64,000 nucleotides of DNA from Candidatus Marinacidobacterales bacterium (GTDB taxonomy: Bacteria; Acidobacteriota; Vicinamibacteria; Marinacidobacterales; DATDRI01): NCBI GenBank assembly GCA_965219415.1, contig CBDCNP010000002.1, positions 5,504,001 to 5,568,000 on the forward strand. The letters run 5' to 3'. Position numbers and translations under genes: made by a program. The first letter of the stretch is position 1, and every line of letters starts with the position of its first letter. Positions 54,728 through 64,000 of the stretch are shown here, in pieces. The notes below the pieces were generated by a model. It was given only the letters and a program-made list of their open reading frames with translations. It was not told the origin of the DNA and did no database searches.

Positions 54728-55152
54728 CTAGCCCTTCACGCAGACGGTCTGCTTGAGCCGGTGGACGATCCCTTACGAGGTCGCTCTGTGCCTCCATCAC
54801 GGCGTCGATGTCCTTATAGGCTCCGGGAGTCTCGTCGAGAACCCTCACGTCCTTGCGGCACTCGACCCCGGCTGTCGCCGCGGCGTGATCGTCTAGAGTG
54901 AAGCGCTTCTTGGCTTCGTTGCGGGACATGACGCGCCCGGCACCGTGACTGCACGACTCGAAGCTCTCACGGTTTCCTTTCCCCCGGACGATATAGGAGC
55001 GCGCCCCCATGCTTCCGGGAATGATGCCCAGGTCGCCCCGCCCAGCCCGCACCCTTCCGCGTGACGAAAACCTCCGACCCGTAGTGCTGCTCCTTCGCGA
55101 CGTAGTTGTGGTGACAATTGACGACTTCTTTCTTGGGTCGAAACGCGGGCAC
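54728..55152 (-). pseudogene. rtcB: RtcB RNA ligase, C-terminal fragment (frameshifted)
   Basis: NCHHNY, TRKGA, IIPGSMG, SCSHGAGR, DETPGAYKDID, VCVKG*. Confidence 0.88.
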
Positions 55153-55154
55153 GA

Positions 55155-55638
55155 AGGATCGCCCACGAGCTGCTCGTCAAGCTTGGCGTCCGCGTCTCGC
55201 CGCGCACCGTTCGGAAGTACATACCCATTCGAGATGATGGCAGCCCGGACCGGCGCAATGCGTCGCATCGCTGGGCGACATTCGTGCGGAATCACGCAAA
55301 AGCGGTCGTCGCTGCGTATTTTTTTAACGTAGTCACCGTCAGCTTTCGCGTGCTTTAGGTCTTCGTCATCATGGAAATCGGCACCCGCAAGATGCTTCAC
55401 TTCAACGTGACGGCGCATCCGACCGCGGAGTGGACGCTGCAACAGTTCCGGGAGGCGATTGGGTGCGAGCACGACTATCGATTCGTCATCGTGGACCGCG
55501 ATGACAAGTTCTCAGCAGACCTCCGCCGCTCCGTCCGGGGGAGGGTGTTCGGCCGTTGAGGACGCCGCGCAGAGCACCGCAGGCAAATGCCTATTGTGAG
55601 AGACTCATCGGCACCACACGCCGGGAGTGCTTGGATCA
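55155..55638 (+). pseudogene. rve integrase middle fragment
   Basis: RIAHEL..LG.RVSPRTVRKY, WATFVRNHA, NVTAHPTAEWTLQQ, DRDDKFS. Confidence 0.7.
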
Positions 55639-56172
55639 GGAAGCTCTGGCATGATCGTTCACCCAACGCCCGAGACTTCGCCAGCAGCAAAGCATGTCGT
55701 CGTAGCTGTAGTGCGCATTGCGACCACTGGGGTTCGGAAGAACGAACAACCGTGAGCCTCCCAGAATTTCGCCACGCGGTCCGCATTGGATGGTCTTCGG
55801 TACGCGACCGGCGGAGAGCTCAGGCCAGAACCCTCGAAAAACGGTGACACCGAGGAAGCCGATGGCCTTCGGACGGTAACGCATCACCTTCTCGGCGAGA
55901 AGCCTACGCCCTTTCTCGAACTCGACCCGGTCGAGTTCCGAGCTCCCACGCGACGCCCTCGCGACGATACTGGTCAAACCGATACCGAACTCGGGCAGAC
56001 GCAAGTCATCCTCGTAGGTCATGAGCCGCGGGACCAGTCCGGACTCGTGCAGCAACCTCCAGAACTTGTTTCCACGGCCGGCAAAGTGATGGCCAAGCTC
56101 ATCGGATCGCTTCCCTGGATTGATCCCGACCAGCAGGACGTCGAGGCCGTGGGAAAGGTAGTCCGGTAACAC
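55636..56172 (-). CDS. mug: G/U mismatch-specific DNA glycosylase (Mug/TDG family)
   Basis: LLVGINPG..S...GHHFA..GNKFW, GIGLT, VLPNPSGRN. Confidence 0.9.
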   Translation of the reverse strand: MLPDYLSHGLDVLLVGINPGKRSDELGHHFAGRGNKFWRLLHESGLVPRLMTYEDDLRLPEFGIGLTSIVARASRGSSELDRVEFEKGRRLLAEKVMRYRPKAIGFLGVTVFRGFWPELSAGRVPKTIQCGPRGEILGGSRLFVLPNPSGRNAHYSYDDMLCCWRSLGRWVNDHARAS

Positions 56173-56195
56173 TCGGAAAGCATAGCGCAGGGCGG

Positions 56196-56460
56196 TGTGC
56201 TCCGTAAAAAGTCGTTCCAGCGTTGATTGCGCGGTTTAGAGCTGCCATGCTCGGCTGCTTCGTGCTGGTCGACCGGACGACGCCACCGGCGTCTTAGGGA
56301 CGTGGAGAGGCTCGCGCTTGCGACTGTTTTCGAATATCCGGCCTATTCTCCTGGACGCCGTCGCGTTCGCTTGAAACGTATGCTGCTCGCGCAGCTGTGC
56401 TCCGCAAAAAATCGATCCGGCGTTGATTGCGCGTTCTAGACCTGCTATGTTCGGCTGCTT
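56196..56460 (+). repeat. Two tandem C-type repeats (56196-56360; partial 56396-56460)
   Basis: TGTGCTCCG(T/C)AAAAA starts. Confidence 0.75.
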
Positions 56461-56474
56461 CTAGCTAATCTTCT

Positions 56475-56640
56475 GGTGCTTCCGTCATTAAGTGTTGGTG
56501 AGATGACGCTAAGACTTTACGGTGTATTAAATTACAGCCAAAATAGCGCTCGTGACCTTTGCTTCGCGCTAAATGGAGCGTAAGTGCCTTTTTTGCAAAG
56601 GGATGCGTACACATCACCAACAGTAAACAGCGCAAGCACC
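56475..56640. repeat. MITE E
   Basis: GGTGCTTCCG..CGCAAGCACC. Confidence 0.85.
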
Positions 56641-56692
56641 TGATCATCTGCATGGTGACGACCCGCCCGCCCAAGACGATTGTAAAGCCCAC

Positions 56693-57951
56693 TGAAGTGA
56701 CCCCGCTTTCGTGGACAGGTTAAGAGTTAGGGATCAAGCGTCGCGATAGTACCTCCTTTCGAATTGGATAGGCGAGCAATAGTCGATGGCGGAGTGTCGT
56801 CGTCGCGGGTTGTACCAGCCTTCGATGAAATCGAAGGTCGCCATGCGCGCCTCAGCGTGGTAGCGAAACGACCGGCGCTCGATCAGCTCGCACTCGAGCG
56901 TCGCGAAGAAGCTCTCGCACATCGCATTGTCGTAACAGTCCCCGACCGAACCCATCGACGGTCGCACCCCGGCCTCCCGGCATCGCTGGCCGAACGCTAG
57001 TGACGTGTACTGCGTGCCCTGGTCCGAGTGATGGATGACGTCGCCGGGCTTGCGTTGGAACAGCGCCATGTCGAGGGCGCTCAAGACGAGCGACGTCCGC
57101 AGGTGGGTAGCCATTGCCCATCCGACGATGCGTCGGCTGAAGGCGTCCAGCACGACGGCGAGGAACAAGAAGCCCGACCACGTGGGCACGTAGGTGATAT
57201 CGGCGACCCACAGGCGGTCGGGCCGGTCCACCTCGAAATTCCTGTCGACGAGATCGGGGGCGGGACGGGCGTCGTCACAGCGAATCGTAGTGTGCGCCCT
57301 CTTGCGCCGGTGAACACCTTGAATGCCAGCCTCGCGCATCAGCCGCGCTACACGCTTGCGTGAAGACGTGGAGCTCGTGTGTCTCTCGTAGCTCGTGGAG
57401 GATCCTCGGCGCGCCGTACGTGCTCCGCGACGCGGTGTGAATCGCCCGGATCTTCTCAAGCAACTCCGCATCCGACACCGCGCGGGCCGACGGGGCACGC
57501 TCAAGCCACGCATAGTAGCCGCTGGCGGAGACGTCCAGCAGTCGGCACATCGTGGCAACCGGTAGTGAATCCTGGTTCGCCCTCACGAATCGGAAGGCTT
57601 CGGTGGTACCGACTCGGTCTCCCGAGCGAACCAGGCCGCGGCTTTTGAGAGGATCTCCCGCTCCAACCGTAGTTGACGGTTCTCCCGTCGCAGGCGGCGG
57701 AGCTCCGCACGCTCCTCACTCGTCAGACCGTCCTGCCTGCGACCCTCGTCGAGATCCGCCTGGTTCACCCAGTTCCGGATCGTCTGGCCCGAGGGCTCAA
57801 ACTCTCGCGCCAGCTCTTCGGAGCCGCGGCCCGCTCGCACCAGCTCTACCATTTGGCGCCGGAACTCGGCCGCGTATCTGTTTCCCTGCTTTGACATCGT
57901 GGACTCCTGTCTCCCAAAGGATTAGGTGTCCACGAAAGCGGGTCAAGTCCA
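56693..57951 (-). mobile_element. IS3 type 1, copy 2 (+1 frameshift in orfB), lying inside an A-type end
   Basis: Near-identical to 8851-10108; flanks 56641-56692 and 57952-58003 are the two halves of an A long IR. Confidence 0.93.
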
Positions 57952-58079
57952 GTCTGCTGATTCATGGTTTATTTTGAAAAGGGCTGAGTTTTGGCACAGG
58001 ACGGGATCCTGATCTAACCCGTGGCTTTACAATCTCTTGGCTGAAAGAGCTAGTATCGAGCTTTCCCGAGGAGAATCGT

Positions 58080-59132
58080 ATGACCAAACGAATGCTAATT
58101 CAGTCTCTTGGTGGGGTGATTCTGGCGGGGCTTGCCTTCTCACAGGAATCGGGGGCGTGGAGTGATCGGCCGTATTTCCATACGTTTTCCATTGCAGCCA
58201 TCGATCCGGAGACCGGGGAGTCCGGTGTTGCGGTCACAACGAGAGTGCCGTGCGTGGGAAACGCGGTTCCCTGGGTACGGGCCGGAGTGGGCGCGGTCGC
58301 CACCCAAGCTTTCACACGGGTCGAGTACGGCGTCGAGCTTCTCGATGCGCTTGAGGGTGGCAGGAGCGCAGAGGAAGCGTTGGCCGAGCTGGTTGCGGCG
58401 GATGACAAGGCCTCCGAACGGCAGGTCGGGGTGATTGGCCTGAAAGGCGGAAGCGCTCAACACACGGGTGACGATGCCTACGCTTGGGCGGGGCACCGAT
58501 CAGGTCCGAACTATGTTGCGCAGGGAAACTTACTGGTTGGGCCGGCAGTTCTGGAAGCGGTGGCCGCGTCGTTCGAGAGCACAAAGGGAAGCCACAGTCA
58601 TCTTGCGGATCGTTTGATCGAAGCGGTGGCCGCCGGTCAGGCCAAAGGAGGTGATGCTCGAAAGGGTCGCCTACAGTCGGCGGCCGTCGTCGTTGCCGAT
58701 CCGAGACCGGACCGTGCGCGGCGGCCCGACGGACAGACCGTCAACATTAACGTCTGCGAACATCCGGAGCCAGTTGCTGAGCTGCGCCGCATCTATGAAT
58801 CCATTTCCGGTACCCTCGGCTATCGGACTCTCCAGCAATTCTCGGGAAACGACATCTGGCAGCTCAAGCTAATCCTCCATGCCCTCGGCCACTATCGCGC
58901 CAACGAGAAAACGCTGGAACGTGGGGACGACGCCAATGTTTATACGCTTGAGGCGGTGACGGCAGTCGACGCGTTTCGCGCGTCGGAGGGACTCTCCACA
59001 CCCGCCCTCCGCTCGCCGCCCGGGCTCGTGGACCGAGAAACCGTCGAGCGACTGTGGGCAGCACTGGAACGCTCGGGTAAGGCCGAAGCGGTGCGCGCGC
59101 TGTTTCTGGAGCTAACGGGGCTCCGTCGCTAG
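58080..59132 (+). CDS. Exported DUF1028 (Ntn-hydrolase-like) protein
   Basis: Signal peptide; HTFSIAA.DP.TGE.GVAV, GVGAVATQA, AQGNLL, GGDARKGRLQSAA. Confidence 0.88.
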   Translation: MTKRMLIQSLGGVILAGLAFSQESGAWSDRPYFHTFSIAAIDPETGESGVAVTTRVPCVGNAVPWVRAGVGAVATQAFTRVEYGVELLDALEGGRSAEEALAELVAADDKASERQVGVIGLKGGSAQHTGDDAYAWAGHRSGPNYVAQGNLLVGPAVLEAVAASFESTKGSHSHLADRLIEAVAAGQAKGGDARKGRLQSAAVVVADPRPDRARRPDGQTVNINVCEHPEPVAELRRIYESISGTLGYRTLQQFSGNDIWQLKLILHALGHYRANEKTLERGDDANVYTLEAVTAVDAFRASEGLSTPALRSPPGLVDRETVERLWAALERSGKAEAVRALFLELTGLRR

Positions 59133-59133
59133 G

Positions 59134-59580
59134 TTATTTATCCGTGCGCCCCGAACTTGATTGGTCTCCGGTCTGCCGGCACCATGCCGGCATGATTTCG
59201 TCGTTGGTTCCCGCTCGCCTGACGGTCCTAGCTTCTCGCGGGGAACAACGCCTTCTTTCTCCAGCACGTTATTGCGTCGGTGGCCCTGCAGCGACAGAGT
59301 GCAGAACCTCCACCGAGGCGAACACGAGTTCGCAGGAACTCCCTCACATGGCCCCGTCAATACGCGATCTTCTTTTTTCCGTGTCACAACCTCTCAACCG
59401 GCAAGTGTTTCTCCACCGGTCGACCTGTGCCTTCTATTTATTCATCCGCGCGCACCGAACTTGATTTATCTCCGGTCTGCCAGCACCATGCCGACATAAT
59501 TTCGTCGTTGGTTCCCGCTCTCATCTCTGCCTTCAAGGCTCGTCGTGAGCTGGCTCTCGAGAATGTCGCTCTTCGGCAGC
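59134..59580 (+). repeat. Two D-type left-end stubs, the second with an rve N-terminus
   Basis: D end at 59425, then ISSLVPALISAFKARRELALENVALRQQ. Confidence 0.65.
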
Positions 59581-59645
59581 AAAGAAGGGCCGAGTGAGTT
59601 CCTCCATTCGAATTCTGAACGGCGCCGACTTAGAATCCAGTTGCC

Positions 59646-62093
59646 GTGGCCGAGAAACTCCACTCAGACGTGCTCGAACGCCTCCAGCAGGATGTCGTCC
59701 TGTCCGAGACGGCAAGAGAGCTCGTGCTCGCGGCGCTCCTCGGCGAGGTCGAGGTATGCCTCGGCGGCAAAACGCCGGCCGCGCCCGCCACCGAATCCGC
59801 TGAACCGGAAGATCCCGCTCGCGCGTACATCGACGCCGTGCGCGTTCAAGGTTTTCGCGGTATCGGACCGAGCGCTGAGCTTGCTCTCTCCCCTGGTCCA
59901 GGGCTGACGCTGGTCGTCGGACGCAACGGCTCGGGCAAATCGAGCTTCGCGGAGGCGCTCGAGCTCCTCCTTACCGGCGACAATCAGAGATGGAGCTCCA
60001 AGCGCAGTAGGGTCTGGAAGGACGGCTGGCGCAATCTCCATGAACCCGACGTAACGAAGATCGAGGCAACGCTTCTCATTGACGGCCAGGCGGGCCCCTA
60101 CGTCGCGTCACGGCAATGGAGTGCGAACGACACGCTCGAGGCTGGCGAGGCCACGATCACCCACGCCCATAAGAAAAAGACCGGTCCCCTCTCTCAGCTC
60201 GGTTGGGCAACACCGCTCGCCACTTACCGTCCTTTTCTTTCCTATAACGAGCTCGGCTCCATGCTCGAAGAGGGCCCCTCAAAGCTCTTCGATGCCCTCG
60301 CCTCGATTCTCGGGCTCGAAGAGCTCGTTGCCGCCGCCGACGCGCTCAAAGAAGCGCGCGGTTCACGAAGCAAGATCCACAAGAAGGCCAAGGACAAACT
60401 CAAAGAGCTCCGCGCCTCGCTCAAGGCGCATCCCGATGAGCGGGCGGCAAAATGCCTCGAGGCCACCAAGGGCACGAAATGGAACCTCGATGCCGTCGAA
60501 GGCCTCGTCGCGGGCGGTGCGGTCTCTGAGACAGACTCGACTGTCGCGCGGCTTCGGGAGCTCACCCAGCTTCAGGGGCCGAATCCCGAGCGCGTCTCCG
60601 AGATCGTCGCCCAGCTCCGGCAGGCGGTCCGGGATCGACAGAGTATCGCTGGAACGGATGCCGACAAAGCCCGCCGACGAGCCGAGATTCTGGACAAAGC
60701 CCTCGAGCTCCACCGCCACGACGGAGACGGCGACTGCCCCGTCTGTGGACGCTCCTCGGCACTCAACGAGGTTTGGCACTGCCAGGCCGAGGCGGAAGCC
60801 CAGGCGCTCAGAAAAGAGGCTGCCGCTGCCGAGAAAGCGCACCGCGCGCTTCGTGACGCGGAGCGGGTCGCGCAGGCGGCGGCGACACCCCTGCCTCCCT
60901 CCTTATTGATGGCCAGCGAGCTCGGCGTCGACGCCGACGCCGTCCAGCTCGCCTGGAGCGGGTGGCACCAGGCGTCGAGCTCGACGGGCGAGGAGCTCGC
61001 CAACCACCTCGAAACGCAAGCTCCCGAGCTCAATCTAGCCCTTGAGCTCTTCCGCGAGCAGGCGCAACAAAAGCTCGCCAAGCGCGAAGACCAGTGGAGA
61101 CCGATGGCCCTCTCCCTCGCCGAATGGCTTCCCGCTGCCCGCCAGATGCAGTCCGAAACCGAAACCGTCAAGCACCTGAAGGCCGCGGAAGACTGGGTCC
61201 GGACCACTACCACCGCCATCCGCAATGAGCGCTTCCAGCCCATCAAAGAGAAGGTCAAAGGTATTTGGGAGCTTTTGAGAACCCGCAGCAGCGTCGAGCT
61301 CGAAGACGTTACCTTCGAAGGCAAGGCGACGTCCCGCAAAGTGAGCCTCGACGTGACCGTCGACGGCACCGAAGGCGCCGCCCTCGGCGTCATGAGCCAG
61401 GGCGAGCTTCATTCGCTCGCGCTCGCTTTGTTTCTCCCCAGAGCGACCCTTGAGGCGAGCCCGTTCCGATTCCTCGTCATCGACGACCCGGTTCAGTCCA
61501 TGGACCCCGCTCGCGTCGACGGCCTCGCCAAAGTCCTAGGCGAGGTGGCCTTCGATCGCCAGGTCGTCGTCTTCACCCACGACGACCGCCTGCCCGATGC
61601 CGTGCGGCGCCTCGAGGTCCCCGCCACGATCGTCGAGGTCTTGCGACGAGAAGGCTCACTCGTCGAGCTCCGCAAGGTGCAAAGTCCCATGCGTCAGTAC
61701 CTGGATGACGCCTTCTCCCTCGTGAGCACCAAGGACCTGCCCAAGATCGCGCGCGAGCGCGTCGTCCCGAGCCTGTGCCGACATAGCCTCGAGGCCGCTT
61801 GTCTCGACGTCGTGCGTCGCCGTCGTCTCACGCGAGGCGACTCGCACGAATCCGTCGAGGAACTCTTCGACACCCACACGAAGCTCGTCCCGCGCCTGGC
61901 CCTCGCGCTTTTCGATGACGCGGAAAAGGCCAGCGGCGTCTACAACGGCATTAAGAACCGTTTCGGTCCGTGGCAGATCGACACCGTCAAGCTCTGCAAC
62001 GAGGGCGCCCACAAGGGCTTTCCCGGAGGCGACGCGCTTAGCTTCGTGCGCAACGTGGACAAGCTCGCAGGCAAGCTCGTGAAACTCGCATGA
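59646..62093 (+). CDS. Rad50/RloC-like ABC ATPase with zinc hook and C-terminal HEPN-like domain
   Basis: Walker A GRNGSGKS, coiled coil with CPVC, MSQGE signature, FLVIDDP, FTHD; C-terminal RHSLE..NEGAH. Confidence 0.85.
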   Translation: MAEKLHSDVLERLQQDVVLSETARELVLAALLGEVEVCLGGKTPAAPATESAEPEDPARAYIDAVRVQGFRGIGPSAELALSPGPGLTLVVGRNGSGKSSFAEALELLLTGDNQRWSSKRSRVWKDGWRNLHEPDVTKIEATLLIDGQAGPYVASRQWSANDTLEAGEATITHAHKKKTGPLSQLGWATPLATYRPFLSYNELGSMLEEGPSKLFDALASILGLEELVAAADALKEARGSRSKIHKKAKDKLKELRASLKAHPDERAAKCLEATKGTKWNLDAVEGLVAGGAVSETDSTVARLRELTQLQGPNPERVSEIVAQLRQAVRDRQSIAGTDADKARRRAEILDKALELHRHDGDGDCPVCGRSSALNEVWHCQAEAEAQALRKEAAAAEKAHRALRDAERVAQAAATPLPPSLLMASELGVDADAVQLAWSGWHQASSSTGEELANHLETQAPELNLALELFREQAQQKLAKREDQWRPMALSLAEWLPAARQMQSETETVKHLKAAEDWVRTTTTAIRNERFQPIKEKVKGIWELLRTRSSVELEDVTFEGKATSRKVSLDVTVDGTEGAALGVMSQGELHSLALALFLPRATLEASPFRFLVIDDPVQSMDPARVDGLAKVLGEVAFDRQVVVFTHDDRLPDAVRRLEVPATIVEVLRREGSLVELRKVQSPMRQYLDDAFSLVSTKDLPKIARERVVPSLCRHSLEAACLDVVRRRRLTRGDSHESVEELFDTHTKLVPRLALALFDDAEKASGVYNGIKNRFGPWQIDTVKLCNEGAHKGFPGGDALSFVRNVDKLAGKLVKLA

Positions 62094-62476
62094 TCGCCGT
62101 CACCGACTACACCCCCGAGGACCTCCTCGACGCCGCCAAAGGTCTACTTTCGCGGCCCGACGCCAACGCGAAGGGAATCTGGCCTCGTGCCGCCGCCCAT
62201 CTCTGCCGCCAGGCCCTCGAAGCCTCACTGGCGCAGTGGTGGACGAAGCGACTTCCCGGCATGGAGACCACCTCCATGCGCGCCCAGCTCGTGTGTCTTC
62301 CGACCTATCTCACGACGGACGGACTCGCCGGTCAGGTTGCCTACACCTGGTCCGGGCTGAGCAACGCGTGCCATCACCACGTCTACGAGCTGGCGCCGAG
62401 CGCCACCGAGCTAGCCGCGTGGCTGGACATTGCGACGGAGCTCGCCCATGCCGTCAAGATGTCAGAACGAGACTAG
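62090..62476 (+). CDS. Small helical HEPN-like protein coupled to the ATPase
   Basis: ATGA overlap; RQALE..NACHH motifs. Confidence 0.65.
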   Translation: MIAVTDYTPEDLLDAAKGLLSRPDANAKGIWPRAAAHLCRQALEASLAQWWTKRLPGMETTSMRAQLVCLPTYLTTDGLAGQVAYTWSGLSNACHHHVYELAPSATELAAWLDIATELAHAVKMSERD

Positions 62477-62539
62477 AGCGTTCTGGTATCGCCATCGGAA
62501 GAGAACAATCTCGACACGACGGCGTTGACGAAAGCTGAC

Positions 62540-62980
62540 ACAAAATTCGAGAGCAGACGCGAGAGCGAACCTTTCCACGTTTACAATGACGTCGGATCAC
62601 CTCATCCGTTCGTCGCGAAACGGGCAATCCTGGCGGGTCTAAACCGCGGAATCAACAACGGGTCGAATTTTTGCGGAGCACACCCCTGACTGCGGAGGCT
62701 GCGGGCAAGGGCAAGCGCGGACCCCGAACAAGAAGGGCTCGCCTTGACCGAGGATTCTAGCTTCCATTGCCAACCAAGCCTAGGCGCCTCTAATCCGCAA
62801 CGGCGCGCAGGTCATGAGTTCGTTTGTGTTTTTGGACACGACGGGCACAGCTAGCTCACGACGAGCCTTGAAGGCAGAGATGAGAGCGCGAACCAAATGA
62901 CGAAATCATGCCGGCATGGTGTCGGCAGACCGGAGACTAATCAAGTTCGGGGCGTGCGGATGAACAAATAGAAGGCACAG
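62540..62980 (-). repeat. Cluster of C, B and D termini and stubs
   Basis: TTTTTGCGGAGCACA; TTTTTGGACACGACG; GAAGGCACAG. Confidence 0.7.
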
Positions 62981-63027
62981 TCCTAATTTAGGAATGGGGA
63001 ATCTAGCAAACTAGCCAATAGCTACCC

Positions 63028-63913
63028 CGTCCTGTGCCAAAACTCAGCCCTTTTGAAATAGGCCATAAATCAGCAGCTTAGTGTCTGTGTTTGCGACCGT
63101 GCCAAGGGCCGTGGGCTTTACAATCGTCTGGCCCGAGGGTGTTATCTTCAGACCCATGATGACCTACCACGTGCAATTCCTACTGCTCGTTCTGGCTGGG
63201 TCAACCGCCAGCAGCAGGATGTGATCGACTACCAGCAAGAGGAGAACCGTGTGCTCCGAGCCGGGCTTCGGGGCAAGCGTCTCAGGCTCTCGGACGACGA
63301 CCGGCGCAGGCTCGCCGTCAAGGCCCAAGCTTTAGGCCGCGAGGCGCTGGCCCAGATTGCGTCGGTTGCCACACCCGCTACGCTCCTGCGCTGGTACCGC
63401 TGCCTCATCGCAGCCAAGTATGATGGCAGCAAGAACCGGAGCCCAGGCCGACCTCCGACGGCGAAGGACATCCGTGAGCTCATTGTGCGCGTGGCGCAGG
63501 AGAACCCGACGTGGGGATATACGCGCCTGCGGGGTGCACTCAAGAACCTCGGACATGAACTCGGACGCAACACCATCAAGAGGCTCCTCGCCGAGCACGG
63601 TATCGCGCCGGCTCCGGAGCGGGGCAAGAGCATGTTCGTGGAGCACTTTCCTCAAGGCTCATTGGGGCGCTATCGCTGCGACAGACCTGTTCACCGTCGA
63701 GGTGGTGAACCCGTTCGGGCTCGTCCGCTACCATCTCCTGTTTGTCATCGATATCGCCACTCGCTGCGTGTGCATCGGTGGGATGACCTCGGACCCAAAC
63801 GGGGAGTGGATGAAGCAGGCGGCAAGAAACCTCACGGACATGTGGGATGGTTTCCTCCTTGGCAAGCGGTACCTCATCCACGACCGGGACCCGCTATTCA
63901 CCGAGGCGGTACG
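63028..63913 (+). mobile_element. rve element, A subfamily, frameshifted and interrupted by IS3
   Basis: A end at 63028; homologous to 46680-47568. Confidence 0.85.
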
Positions 63914-64000
63914 TGGGCTTGATCCAGTTTCGTGGACACTTTCTGAAAAGGCGGATACGATGTCCACAATGGCAAAGACAACGCAGCCCCGGCGACCCCG
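63914..64000 (+). mobile_element. Left end of IS3 type 4, copy 2 (runs off window)
   Basis: Matches 47658-47743. Confidence 0.85.

Noticed and set aside
54609-55472. 287-aa ORF as an RtcB variant
   Set aside because: Chimera of antisense integrase sequence and a frameshifted rtcB fragment

Overview
GC-rich bacterial window that looks like a genome being shredded by mobile DNA. Roughly half of it is IS elements or their debris: 4 copies of an IS903-like IS5 element, four IS3-family types, IS256, ISL3 and several subfamilies of an rve/DDE 'integrase core' element. More than 40 short non-coding termini and MITEs occur, most derived from the rve elements. Intact genes survive as isolated islands of 1-3 genes between these repeats: type I RM (hsdR-S-M), HU, class I glutamine amidotransferase, Nramp-like transporter plus molybdopterin oxidoreductase, Sel1-repeat protein, TolB/CehA-like metallohydrolase, a type ISP RM enzyme, BrxA/B bacilliredoxin, DUF4268, higBA, a GT-B surface-carbohydrate protein, DUF2924, TPR-zincin, Mug glycosylase, DUF1028, and a zinc-hook ABC-ATPase with a small partner. 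The main leads are: (i) a RloC/PrrC-like ATPase-HEPN gene coupled to a second stand-alone HEPN-like gene; (ii) a mix-and-match MITE network built from the ends of different rve elements, with no TSDs and junctions at GG-rich microhomology; (iii) an orphan type I-E CRISPR remnant; (iv) an rtcB gene split and inverted. All calls come from reading motifs by eye, with no database searches. Several +1 frameshifts may be sequencing errors.
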